Shown here one piece after another: positions 18,375 through 27,600 of a stretch of DNA of 62,969 bases. The translations under genes and the position numbers were made by a program. The DNA lies in assembly GCA_016935515.1 (NCBI GenBank), contig JAFGQT010000082.1, forward strand, positions 1-62,969, in the 5' to 3' direction. This DNA is from Bacilli bacterium. GTDB lineage: Bacteria; Bacillota_I; Bacilli_A; Izemoplasmatales; Hujiaoplasmataceae. Under the pieces are notes generated by a model. The model was not told the DNA's origin. It saw nothing but the letters and a program-made list of their open reading frames with translations, and made no database searches. Every line of letters begins with the position of its first letter. Positions within the stretch are counted from its first letter, which is position 1.

Positions 18375-19317
18375 ATCTGCGGCTTTTAGAAGAATCACGT
18401 CGCACCTTAAAACTGAATGGCAGCTCTATGTCATGTTGGTGCCAATGATAGTCTGGTTTGTTTTGTGGTCTTACAAACCAATGACAGGCTTATTGATTGC
18501 CTTCAAAAACTATCGACCGATTGACGGGGTTCTCGGCAGCCAGTTTGTTGGCCTGTACAACTTCAAGCAGTTGATTACGGGGACAGCATATTCAACCATG
18601 TTTTGGGGAGCGTTCCGGAATACTTTTCTGATTAGCATATATGGTTTGGTTTTTGGGTTCCCGGTGCCGATAATTTTGGCTCTTTTGCTGGGTGAGATAT
18701 CACACAACTTTTTTAGGCGGTTTTCACAAACCATACTATATTTACCGCATTTTCTTTCAGAAGTTACCATCACTGGACTTGTCATAACCTTGGTCTACTA
18801 TGGCGTCGATCACACGGGTATTTTAGCAAAGGTCTTTTATGATATCAATTTTATTGAGCCTGGAGTCAAGATCATTGAAACTGCGAAATATTTCAGGCCG
18901 ATGTACATAATAACTGGATTGTGGAAAGAAGCAGGATACAATTCCATAGTTTATTACGCCGCAATCATGGGTATCAGCCCAGTGCTTTATGAGGCATTAC
19001 GTGTTGACGGAGGGAATAAGCTTCAGGAAATTCGTTACGTTACGTTTCCTGGTATGGCACCAACTCTAACAATAATGTTGGTTATCAGAATAGGCGGAAT
19101 GCTTGCGGTAGGATACGAGAGAATCATCTTGTTGTACAATGCTTCGACCTATTCGACTGCCGATGTAATATCCACATTTGTCTATCGAGTAGGGTTGGAA
19201 GGAACTTACATGTCTCTTGCTGGTGCAGCAGATTTTTTCAACACTTTGATCGGTTTCATCTTGGTTATCGGCGCGAATTTCATTAGCCGCAAGGTGTCGA
19301 GCACTTCGCTCTGGTAG
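18367..19317 (+). CDS. ABC transporter permease, LplB-type (carbohydrate/CUT1-like)
   Basis: The 316-aa polytopic protein has an EAA-like loop (YEALRVDGGNKLQEIRYVTFP) typical of LplB/YteP-type permeases. Confidence 0.8.
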   Translation: MTRSAAFRRITSHLKTEWQLYVMLVPMIVWFVLWSYKPMTGLLIAFKNYRPIDGVLGSQFVGLYNFKQLITGTAYSTMFWGAFRNTFLISIYGLVFGFPVPIILALLLGEISHNFFRRFSQTILYLPHFLSEVTITGLVITLVYYGVDHTGILAKVFYDINFIEPGVKIIETAKYFRPMYIITGLWKEAGYNSIVYYAAIMGISPVLYEALRVDGGNKLQEIRYVTFPGMAPTLTIMLVIRIGGMLAVGYERIILLYNASTYSTADVISTFVYRVGLEGTYMSLAGAADFFNTLIGFILVIGANFISRKVSSTSLW

Positions 19318-19324
19318 GTGGATT

Positions 19325-20191
19325 ATGGACAGACTGTCGCGCAGTGACGTGATTTTTAAAATTATCGCATATCTACTTATTTCCGCCTTGGTTGTGATAG
19401 CTCTATATCCACTTATTTATGCCTTCAGTGCGTCAATCAGTGGAAGAGCTGCATATGAGACTGGAAGAGTTGTCTTTCTTCCGGTCGACCTCGACTTCCA
19501 GGTCTATAAGATATTGTTTGCTCGGAATGGTTTTTGGATATCGTACACAAATACGCTTTTCTACACGGTTTTTGGAACTATTTGGAGCATGTTCATATCG
19601 ACAACTGGAGCTTACGCTCTCTCAAAGCGTAAGTTACTGATGAGAAGACAACTAAACTTTTTTGTCGTCTTTACGATGTGGTTCTCAGCTGGAATGATCC
19701 CTTTATATCTCAATTACATGAAGATGGGCGTGGATACTCGTTGGGGAATCATAGTAGCATTCGGTGTCCAAGCTTTCAACATTATCTTGTTAAGAAACTA
19801 CTTTGAATCAGTTCCGAAAGAAATAGAAGAAGCCGCGCGGATTGATGGAGCAAATGAGTTTCAAACGTTCTCTAGGATCTACTTACCGATGTCAACAGCG
19901 GCTATCGCGACAGTGACTTTGTTTTACGCAACAAGTCGATGGAACGGTTATTTCTGGGCAAGCATCCTGTTGCAAAGCGCGAACGAGAAACCTCTTCAAG
20001 TTTTCTTGAGAACCGAAATCATGACCTATAGGACTTTGATTGAAAACATGGTGATTGATAATCTCACATTTTCGCCCGATTCCTATGCATACGCGATTCT
20101 TGTTTGCTCGATTATTCCGATACTGATCGTCTATCCGTATATTCAGAAATATTTCGCCCGGGGTGTAAATCTCGGCGGAGTCAAAGGATGA
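19325..20191 (+). CDS. ABC transporter permease, LplC-type (carbohydrate)
   Basis: It has the EAA loop EEAARIDGANEFQTFSRIYLP and is 288 aa long. Confidence 0.8.
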   Translation: MDRLSRSDVIFKIIAYLLISALVVIALYPLIYAFSASISGRAAYETGRVVFLPVDLDFQVYKILFARNGFWISYTNTLFYTVFGTIWSMFISTTGAYALSKRKLLMRRQLNFFVVFTMWFSAGMIPLYLNYMKMGVDTRWGIIVAFGVQAFNIILLRNYFESVPKEIEEAARIDGANEFQTFSRIYLPMSTAAIATVTLFYATSRWNGYFWASILLQSANEKPLQVFLRTEIMTYRTLIENMVIDNLTFSPDSYAYAILVCSIIPILIVYPYIQKYFARGVNLGGVKG

Positions 20192-20240
20192 GATAACTAG
20201 CAATAGTTAAAAATAAATGAAAGAATATTGGAGGGAAGTA

Positions 20241-22385
20241 ATGAAAAAAGTCTTAGGATTCATGTTGTTGACGGCTTTTGCTTTTGGTTTCGTTGCCTGC
20301 CAAGGCACGACAACCACTGTGCCTACTACGACGCAGACTACAACGACGGCGGCAGGAACGACTACCACCGGAACGACTACCAATGCCGGAACAACAACAC
20401 AAAGTTCCGCAGGAACAACAACGACCACTACCACCGCAACTGAGCCACCCGTTGATTTGGTAATCAACGTAGCTGGTGAGAACGACAAACGATTGTTTAC
20501 TTACTTGCAGGCCAATCCGCTTGAAATGCCCGATGGCACAATTATCGATTCTGGAGATCTGAAGCCTCTATGGCAGTATATTCAGAACGAAGTCAATATC
20601 GAGATCGATGATGTTGCAACGCCTGGGCAAAAACCGGCAGACATGTTTGATTTAGCGGCTGCCAATCAATTCGAAGGTGCGGATATCTTCGGTGGGCCGA
20701 ATCTTGGGCAGAAAATCATGAGTGCTGGAGTTGATGGTTATTTCGTAGATTTGTCTGAGCATATGGCAGAAATGCCGAATGTCAGCGCGTATCTAGCTGC
20801 CAATCCGTTGGTCATGAGTGCCATCACAGCGTCTGACGGTGGAATCTATCATCTGCCCTACATCGCAGAAATCAACAATTACGCCAGAATGTTTCTCGGA
20901 AGATACAGTTGGGTAACCGCATTGCTTGATGGAGAAGTTAATGGAAGCCCGTTCACTTTGGAAACCGAGACTGCTACGTTGAACGTCGCTTATGAAGCTT
21001 ACTGGAAAACAGGCACAGAGACTTTACCATATGGTGGATTAAGACAAACTACAAATGTAGTCGATCTCCAAAATGCAGCCGCCACCGGTGGGGTGCTCGA
21101 TCAAGCAACCGCATTGCAGGTGTTGAAAGACTACATTGACGCGACGTATCCGACACTTGCGAAACGATCAGACTTGTATCTTGATGAAACTGGACAATAC
21201 GATATTGATGAGCTTGTAGCCTTGTGGCGTGTAATCAAGTTGTCGCCCCTTTCGCTTTCTAAAGAAGCTTACGGGTCGGCAAAACCTGGAACAGTTATAT
21301 GGCCATTCTATGCTCGCCAATCTAACTATCGTGAAGAAGTACTACGTCTAATCCTTTTCTTTGGTGGGCAAAGAGTCCACGGATCCGACTCATATGGATC
21401 AAGATTTTATCTTGATGAGAACGGCGATTTGCAGTACTCATATTTCCAAGACGATTTCTTGCAAAATCTCAATCGTATCCGTGCAATGTTCTCCGAAGGC
21501 TTGGTTGACGAAAAACTGTCCGGTGCTGCAAACACAACTAACCTCAGAACCGGGTACATTTTCAAAGACACGGTCGAAACACAATTGGAGTATGGCTTCA
21601 TGTGCTATGACTGGACTTCCTCTACAACTGCCGCTTCTGGTGGACAAGATGATGTCAAGGCATTCTTACCACCTTTGACTACAACACCGGTATCCGAAGG
21701 TGAATTCATTCATTATGTTGAAAATACCAGGGTTGTTAAACCAGACGGATGGGGCATCTCCGCAAACATCAGCGATGAAGCTCTTGATGGCGCGCTGAGG
21801 CTGTTTGATTACTTGTTCTCGGTAGAAGGAGCAAAGGTCCAGAACTATGGAACTCCAGATTTATGGGTTCCTGATCAATTCTATACTAATCCAACTGACG
21901 GCGTTCAAGGACCATTATTCTCAACTTGGACTCGGGACAAAGCAACTGCAGTCACCAATGGCGACATATCATCATTCTTGCGAGATCATATTGGTGCTCA
22001 GATTCCGATTGGCTATCAAAAAGTAATTGGATTCGAATTGCAGTCAACCTCAGCGAATGGAATGTGGAGCTGGCAGCTTTACTATGGTGCCAATGATGGT
22101 GATGGTGTGATGATGAACTCCTACAGTGCTGAAAATCCATATTATCAACTTGTGCCGCCGATTTTCTCGCTGACCAGTGCGGAAAATGCCTTGCTGGCAA
22201 CGACTACAACCATGACAAGTGACGCACAGTTAATTGACCGCATGATGGCTTTCCTAGGTTCAAAGACTGGTGAAGGAATTCCTCAGACTTCTGAAGAAGT
22301 CAAAGCAATGTTCATTGCAGCCGGAGTAGGAACCTATATTTACATTTATCAACTAGCATTCAGTAGAATGTCAGGCGACGAATAA
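20241..22385 (+). CDS. extracellular solute-binding lipoprotein, large LplA-type, with a Thr-rich linker
   Basis: The ATG at 20241 has RBS ggaggg. The signal peptide and lipobox are MKKVLGFMLLTAFAFGFVAC, followed by a ~50-aa Thr-rich tract and a ~640-aa SBP-like body. Confidence 0.75.
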   Translation: MKKVLGFMLLTAFAFGFVACQGTTTTVPTTTQTTTTAAGTTTTGTTTNAGTTTQSSAGTTTTTTTATEPPVDLVINVAGENDKRLFTYLQANPLEMPDGTIIDSGDLKPLWQYIQNEVNIEIDDVATPGQKPADMFDLAAANQFEGADIFGGPNLGQKIMSAGVDGYFVDLSEHMAEMPNVSAYLAANPLVMSAITASDGGIYHLPYIAEINNYARMFLGRYSWVTALLDGEVNGSPFTLETETATLNVAYEAYWKTGTETLPYGGLRQTTNVVDLQNAAATGGVLDQATALQVLKDYIDATYPTLAKRSDLYLDETGQYDIDELVALWRVIKLSPLSLSKEAYGSAKPGTVIWPFYARQSNYREEVLRLILFFGGQRVHGSDSYGSRFYLDENGDLQYSYFQDDFLQNLNRIRAMFSEGLVDEKLSGAANTTNLRTGYIFKDTVETQLEYGFMCYDWTSSTTAASGGQDDVKAFLPPLTTTPVSEGEFIHYVENTRVVKPDGWGISANISDEALDGALRLFDYLFSVEGAKVQNYGTPDLWVPDQFYTNPTDGVQGPLFSTWTRDKATAVTNGDISSFLRDHIGAQIPIGYQKVIGFELQSTSANGMWSWQLYYGANDGDGVMMNSYSAENPYYQLVPPIFSLTSAENALLATTTTMTSDAQLIDRMMAFLGSKTGEGIPQTSEEVKAMFIAAGVGTYIYIYQLAFSRMSGDE

Positions 22386-22408
22386 TACTATCTTTCTCCT
22401 TGTCTGCG

Positions 22409-22435
22409 CTGGAGAGCGAGATCCTCGCTCTCCAG
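22409..22435 (+). promoter_or_regulatory. perfect 12-bp intra-operon hairpin after the SBP gene (no U-tract)
   Basis: The sequence is ctggagagcgag-atc-ctcgctctccag. No T-run follows, so it is probably an mRNA-stability or processing element rather than a full terminator. Confidence 0.5.
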
Positions 22436-22472
22436 TTGCCAGACAAAACAAGTCGGTTTTGATGGAGGGGCT

Positions 22473-23018
22473 ATGGCCAAGACCAGATTATACACATACA
22501 TTGTCTATCTCATATTCATGCTCGGTATCTATTTGGGCTTTTTTTACACTTTGGCTATGCTAACTGATGTAACTACGCTTGCCTTCTATCAAGATTTTCT
22601 CGATCCATCAGTCATTGATTTTGTTGCAGTTGCTCAAGAGACAAATAAGATATTGTTTAATTGGAGCTTAATATTGGTTGTGGGATCTGCAATCACACTC
22701 ATCCTTGGGTATCGAAAGGGAAGACCAGGTGTCATCAGTAATCTGCTTGCTTGTCTTGTAGGGTTGACCGCGATAGTAATCAACTCGTTATCGTATCAGA
22801 AGATCATTTCGTTAAATGTGTCATATTCTGAAACTGACACAATGTGGCCAGAGGCAACTGCCGGCCTGGCTGAATTGCTTGGTTTTGTACAACCTGGTAA
22901 CTTTTGGATTGGCAACGGACCGGCACTTTATTTATCATTGATCACGTGTTCGGCAATATTCACATTGGTCTCGTTGATTTGGGTCCTGAGACTTCTTGTG
23001 GGAGGTAAAGGAAAATGA
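22473..23018 (+). CDS. hypothetical polytopic membrane protein (181 aa)
   Basis: It has about 4-5 hydrophobic helices and no recognisable motif. The next ORF overlaps it by ATGA. Confidence 0.6.
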   Translation: MAKTRLYTYIVYLIFMLGIYLGFFYTLAMLTDVTTLAFYQDFLDPSVIDFVAVAQETNKILFNWSLILVVGSAITLILGYRKGRPGVISNLLACLVGLTAIVINSLSYQKIISLNVSYSETDTMWPEATAGLAELLGFVQPGNFWIGNGPALYLSLITCSAIFTLVSLIWVLRLLVGGKGK

Positions 23019-23443
23019 AACGGCCAAAGAGATTACTATATCAGACCAATAAAGGCGCTTACGCATTCATGTTCATTTTCATCGCGTGTTTGGTGGCTTA
23101 TACTAGCTTTGTTCTGAAGAGCATGCAAGTTGACCATATGATTTCTGCAGTATCCCTAATCAACATAGTTATGCTTTTGGCTGCTTTTCTTACAGCTGAA
23201 GAAATAAAAGTGTATAATCGCAAGTTTCAATTTGTACCTTTGCTGTACGCTGCCATCATGACATATCAATTATTGAATATCCCGACAGGAGTAGCGGGTG
23301 GCGACCTTATAATCGCCAAAATAAGCGCCATATTAGCCGTGGTGTCAGCGTTTGCGGCTTCAGGGCTATCTTACTTCAGAAACCGAATCCGCGCCAAGGT
23401 AATCGCGGAAAACAACATTGGCAAAAGCCAATTGACGAAGTAG
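23015..23443 (+). CDS. hypothetical polytopic membrane protein (142 aa)
   Basis: It has about 4 hydrophobic helices, is ATGA-coupled to the upstream ORF and ends 8 nt before the ATPase gene. Confidence 0.6.
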   Translation: MKRPKRLLYQTNKGAYAFMFIFIACLVAYTSFVLKSMQVDHMISAVSLINIVMLLAAFLTAEEIKVYNRKFQFVPLLYAAIMTYQLLNIPTGVAGGDLIIAKISAILAVVSAFAASGLSYFRNRIRAKVIAENNIGKSQLTK

Positions 23444-23451
23444 GTGAACTT

Positions 23452-24546
23452 ATGGCAAATTTGCGTTTTGAACACATAAAAAAAGTCTATCCCAACGGCG
23501 TAGAAGCCGTTGTTGATTTCAATATGGAAATATATGATCGAGAATTCATCGTTCTTGTCGGGCCTTCGGGGTGCGGAAAATCTACTGTTCTGAGGATGGT
23601 TGCTGGGCTTGAAAAGATTACTGCAGGGAACCTCGAGATTGACGGCGTGCGCGTGAATGACAAACCTCCTGTTGACAGAGACATTGCGATGATATTTCAA
23701 GATTATGCACTCTATGGAAACATGACTGTATATGAGAATATGGGCTTCAGCTTGACAGTTAGAAAGCGTCCATGTGATGAAATACATGATAAAGTAATAG
23801 CAGTATCAGAGATTGTCAAACTCGATAATGAACTGAATCGTCTTCCAAGAAATCTCAGTGGCGGTCAGCGTCAGAGAGTTGCCTTGGGAAGATCTATTGT
23901 CAGAAATGCGAAAGTGTTTCTGATGGATGAGCCACTGTCGAATCTTGACGCTAAACTGCGCGCGCAAACACGTAGAGAGATCATATTACTCCACAACAGG
24001 ATCAAACCGACAATTATTTATGTTACGCACGATCAGGTCGAAGCTATGACCATGGCTACGCGAATTGTGGTCATGAACAATGGTGTTATCCAACAGATTG
24101 GGACACCATATGAAGTATATCGACGCCCAGCAAACATGTTTGTTGCTGGTTTTATCGGGTGTCCAGCAATGAATTTTCTTAAAGGACAGATCGTTGAGGA
24201 CAGATTTGTTTCTGGCGCATTTGCCATCAAGTTGACTCCGACTGAAATTCAAAGAGTGTCTGGTCGACAAACAGTGATTATCGGGATCAGGCCTGAACAT
24301 CTCCTTGTTTCAGCAAATCCTGATGTTGCTTTATTGAAGCGGAAGATATCTGGGAAAATCAACTATTCTGAACTTCTAGGAGCGAATGCAACATTGAGAT
24401 TCTGCTTAAATCAGACTGAGATTGTTGCACAGGTCGAAAATAGTGAGTACCGTAATTCTGGTGAAACTGTCGATTTGTACGTCTCGCTTGAAAACGTTCA
24501 TTTCTTTGACCCTGAAACTGAAGCTCTGATTGAGGTGATTTCATGA
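23452..24546 (+). CDS. ABC transporter ATP-binding protein, MsmK/MalK/UgpC type (sugar importer ATPase with C-terminal regulatory domain)
   Basis: Walker A GPSGCGKST, signature LSGGQRQR, Walker B FLMDEPLS and a ~120-aa TOBE-like C-terminus are present. Confidence 0.9.
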   Translation: MANLRFEHIKKVYPNGVEAVVDFNMEIYDREFIVLVGPSGCGKSTVLRMVAGLEKITAGNLEIDGVRVNDKPPVDRDIAMIFQDYALYGNMTVYENMGFSLTVRKRPCDEIHDKVIAVSEIVKLDNELNRLPRNLSGGQRQRVALGRSIVRNAKVFLMDEPLSNLDAKLRAQTRREIILLHNRIKPTIIYVTHDQVEAMTMATRIVVMNNGVIQQIGTPYEVYRRPANMFVAGFIGCPAMNFLKGQIVEDRFVSGAFAIKLTPTEIQRVSGRQTVIIGIRPEHLLVSANPDVALLKRKISGKINYSELLGANATLRFCLNQTEIVAQVENSEYRNSGETVDLYVSLENVHFFDPETEALIEVIS

Positions 24547-25094
24547 ACGCACAGTTCGATAGCGCGAAATCTATGGTAAAAAAGACAGTTCAATCATTAT
24601 CAAGACTGATTCGGAATATTTGGAGTAAGATTCACGAATCAGCACTTGGTCAACCACGACAGTTCTCTGCGCTACTTGTCACTGGATCCGCGTTGTCACA
24701 ACTTGCACTTTCACAAATCCACATTGAAGCTCTAATCAGGGTGAAATTGACAGTCGCAACCGAAGGAGCATCCAATTACACTGCCGGAATGCCTTCAACA
24801 GGAATTGGTATGTTCAATTTTCTATTCATACTTTTCGGCCTCGTGTCGATTTTCAATGTTTTGAGAGCAACAACCCGTAGGAAAATGTTAGTTGGTCTTG
24901 TATCGTTGATTATCGCAGCCGGATTTGGCATCATTTATCTGCTGCAATTGACAAATCCTGATAATATTGTTGATTATATTGATATCGTCAAGAGCGTCAA
25001 TTTAGTTAAGGCAGCTTTTACTGTGAACGGAATAGCTGCTGCAATAATAATCTACGGAATGATAACTTTCGGAAAGCGGGAAAGAGTCCGGTGA
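24543..25094 (+). CDS. hypothetical membrane protein (183 aa)
   Basis: ATGA overlap with the ATPase gene. An amphipathic N-terminus is followed by about 3-4 TM helices. No motif recognised. Confidence 0.6.
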   Translation: MNAQFDSAKSMVKKTVQSLSRLIRNIWSKIHESALGQPRQFSALLVTGSALSQLALSQIHIEALIRVKLTVATEGASNYTAGMPSTGIGMFNFLFILFGLVSIFNVLRATTRRKMLVGLVSLIIAAGFGIIYLLQLTNPDNIVDYIDIVKSVNLVKAAFTVNGIAAAIIIYGMITFGKRERVR

Positions 25095-25588
25095 ACAAGA
25101 AGAACAAAGATGAAATCATCGCCTTGTTTTTGCGAATGTGGGTTGCTGGAATGGTATGCCTTTTTGTTGCATGGTCACCAATCGGCGGCGGCGAGAATGA
25201 ATCGGAGAATTTTCTTTTTCAAATGATCTTCTTTTTGGCCTTAGCTTTGTTTATCACGAATATGATCATTGTCAATCCTGTGATTCGAGGAATGTTCAAA
25301 ACAACTTTGGATTCGAAAGCATATTTCGCAGAATCAGTGTGGGTTAGGTCCATTCGGCACTTGATGCATTTTGGCAAAATGTTAGTGATTACGATTGGAA
25401 TCTGGTGTATCTATATCATCATTGATTCGTTGCTCGGTCTGATAGGTATAACTGATCCATACGGAAGGCCGGTATTGATGCTAGAACCGATTTCATTTGG
25501 CGTCATCTATGGTTTACTGTACTTCTCGTGGACCAAGATTGAAACCGTCGTAATCGGCTACATCAAGAAAAGGAGAATGTCCTCATGA
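25091..25588 (+). CDS. hypothetical polytopic membrane protein (165 aa)
   Basis: The GTG start overlaps the upstream stop (GTGA). It has about 4 TM helices and ends in an ATGA overlap with the next gene. Confidence 0.55.
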   Translation: MNKKNKDEIIALFLRMWVAGMVCLFVAWSPIGGGENESENFLFQMIFFLALALFITNMIIVNPVIRGMFKTTLDSKAYFAESVWVRSIRHLMHFGKMLVITIGIWCIYIIIDSLLGLIGITDPYGRPVLMLEPISFGVIYGLLYFSWTKIETVVIGYIKKRRMSS

Positions 25589-27600
25589 AAGAATTCATAT
25601 TGATTCCCAATGATGAGAAGTTCATCCAAGAGTCCGTAGCCTCAAAACAGTTATTGCTCGACGAATTGGTAAAAATCGCTGCAGAATACAGAAAAATGGA
25701 TTTACCTGAAACTGCTCCAGAAGCTTCAACAACATATATGGGAATCGCAATCTTCAACTTGGCCTTACTTTATCTGATCACTAAGAAAAGTGTCTATCTT
25801 GATGAAGCCAAAAGATGGATGAAGACTGTATGTCAACATGAAGTGTGGGGCTATGCCTATCTTGTCAATGTAGATTTGTCTGCATCATGGATACTATTTG
25901 GATTATCACTGGGATACCATTATCTTCATCCTTATCTAAGTGCTGCCGAGAAGGAAGAGATCAGACGCAAGTTAATCCTTCAAGGTGGTATATTATACGA
26001 TCATCGTGTTAGGACTTATGGCAAAGGTTGGTCTACACAGTACTTCCAGAATCATAATTGGATAAACATGACCGGATTGGCTACAGTGGGTTATGTTCTC
26101 AGGGAAGAGTATCCGTTGGCTCAGTCTTGGGTTGAAGCTGCAAAGGAAAACTTTCGGCATGTTTTTGATGATTTGGCTGATGATGGATCTGACTATGAAG
26201 GTGTACCTTACTGGCATTATGGCGTCCTTTGGCTGCTTGTCTACGCTGATATAAGTAGACAATTCGAGGGACTAGATTATTTTGCCTCCAGCGAGTTTTT
26301 GAAAAACACAATGAATTTCAGACTATCACAGTCGTTGTCAGACCTGAAACAATCACTCAACTATGGTGATGCCCATGATTATCGGAGTGGCAACAGCATA
26401 GCAATCTATTACTGTCTCGCGAGCAGGTATAATGATGGACAGGCTCAGTTCTTTGGAAATTATGTCTTGAAAAATTTTTATGATGAGGAGCAGATGCAAT
26501 CTCACATTAAGCCAGGAATCAAGCCGGAAATAGGGCTTGCATTGATCTGGTACAATCCGGAAGTGATTGAGACTCCGATTGGCCGTGATTATGATTATTC
26601 CTTCTTCCCCGATCTTGGGCTCATGAATATCAAGAACAAATCAAAGATGTTCTCAATCAAATGCTCTAAACCGGGAGGTAACAAGCAATTTGAGCGGGCA
26701 AGACGTTACCTTGACTCGGGGATCGACGTTCTTGGCCTGAGCCATCATCATCCTGACAATTCCCATTTCATTTTCGCCTGTGAAGAGGATTTCTACGCGA
26801 TTGACGATGGATATAATCGTAATTGCGCAATGAAACACCACAATTTGGTTACGGCAGGAGATTATGGGGCGGAAGTGGAAATGGTCAGTGATGTCTATGG
26901 AGCTTCAATCCGGGAAAAACTGAACCAAGGAAGCCTTTCATATGAAAACTATGGAGGACGTGTGATCTTCGCTCGTGATTTGGATGGAATAGCAGTCTAT
27001 CAGTGCGATAATTCTGGAACTTTTCATGACGATGCAAAAATCCTCGCTTCAACCCGAACAATCATCACGCCGAGACTTGATTATGTTCTAATTTTTGATC
27101 AATTGTTATCATTGCAGCAGCATCACTTCCGCTGGCATTTTCATTCAGATGTCGTTCCTGTCGTGAGCCACGAGTACATATCCATCAAGAAGAAGCATGA
27201 CCTCCGTTTATACCGGATATTGCCAAGCAAACATACCATATATCAGGAGGTTCAGCCGATCAAGGCCTTGTTCACACCTCAAGAACCTAACGACTATCAT
27301 ACTGTAGCCATGATTGACTCCGTTACAGAAAGCCTGCCAAAGGAAAGCGAACTATTCCTCAATGTTCTGTCGTTCGATGATCTGCACATAATATCTACAC
27401 CGGGCATGCTGGAAGTCAAGTTTGGCAATAGAATCGACAGAATAACTTATGAATTGAATGCTAGGGAAAACGAACAGTTCATCATCGACCTAACCGAGGA
27501 CATTGGTGGCGAAGCCGAAAGGCATCTTCGACTGGTTCAACTCGGATTTGGGAATAATGCCCACACAGAAGTAGAGGTAGTTGACAATGAAGCAATTTGA
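25585..27600 (+). CDS. heparinase II/III-like polysaccharide lyase family protein, cytoplasmic (671 aa)
   Basis: QYFQNHNWINMTG (the N-H pair of the alpha/alpha toroid active site) and GLSHHHPDNSHFIF (the H.H.D motif of the C-terminal beta-sandwich) are present. There is no signal peptide. Confidence 0.65.
   Translation: MKEFILIPNDEKFIQESVASKQLLLDELVKIAAEYRKMDLPETAPEASTTYMGIAIFNLALLYLITKKSVYLDEAKRWMKTVCQHEVWGYAYLVNVDLSASWILFGLSLGYHYLHPYLSAAEKEEIRRKLILQGGILYDHRVRTYGKGWSTQYFQNHNWINMTGLATVGYVLREEYPLAQSWVEAAKENFRHVFDDLADDGSDYEGVPYWHYGVLWLLVYADISRQFEGLDYFASSEFLKNTMNFRLSQSLSDLKQSLNYGDAHDYRSGNSIAIYYCLASRYNDGQAQFFGNYVLKNFYDEEQMQSHIKPGIKPEIGLALIWYNPEVIETPIGRDYDYSFFPDLGLMNIKNKSKMFSIKCSKPGGNKQFERARRYLDSGIDVLGLSHHHPDNSHFIFACEEDFYAIDDGYNRNCAMKHHNLVTAGDYGAEVEMVSDVYGASIREKLNQGSLSYENYGGRVIFARDLDGIAVYQCDNSGTFHDDAKILASTRTIITPRLDYVLIFDQLLSLQQHHFRWHFHSDVVPVVSHEYISIKKKHDLRLYRILPSKHTIYQEVQPIKALFTPQEPNDYHTVAMIDSVTESLPKESELFLNVLSFDDLHIISTPGMLEVKFGNRIDRITYELNARENEQFIIDLTEDIGGEAERHLRLVQLGFGNNAHTEVEVVDNEAI

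Noticed and set aside
20207-20488. Minus-strand 93-aa ORF with poly-Val runs, and the plus-strand ORFs 20228..20443 and 20278..20463
   Set aside because: These are antisense or off-frame shadows of the Thr-rich (acn) linker of the SBP gene. Their composition is low-complexity and they have no RBS.
23371-23787. 138-aa minus-strand ORF
   Set aside because: It is antisense to the ABC ATPase gene across its Walker A region and is a shadow ORF.
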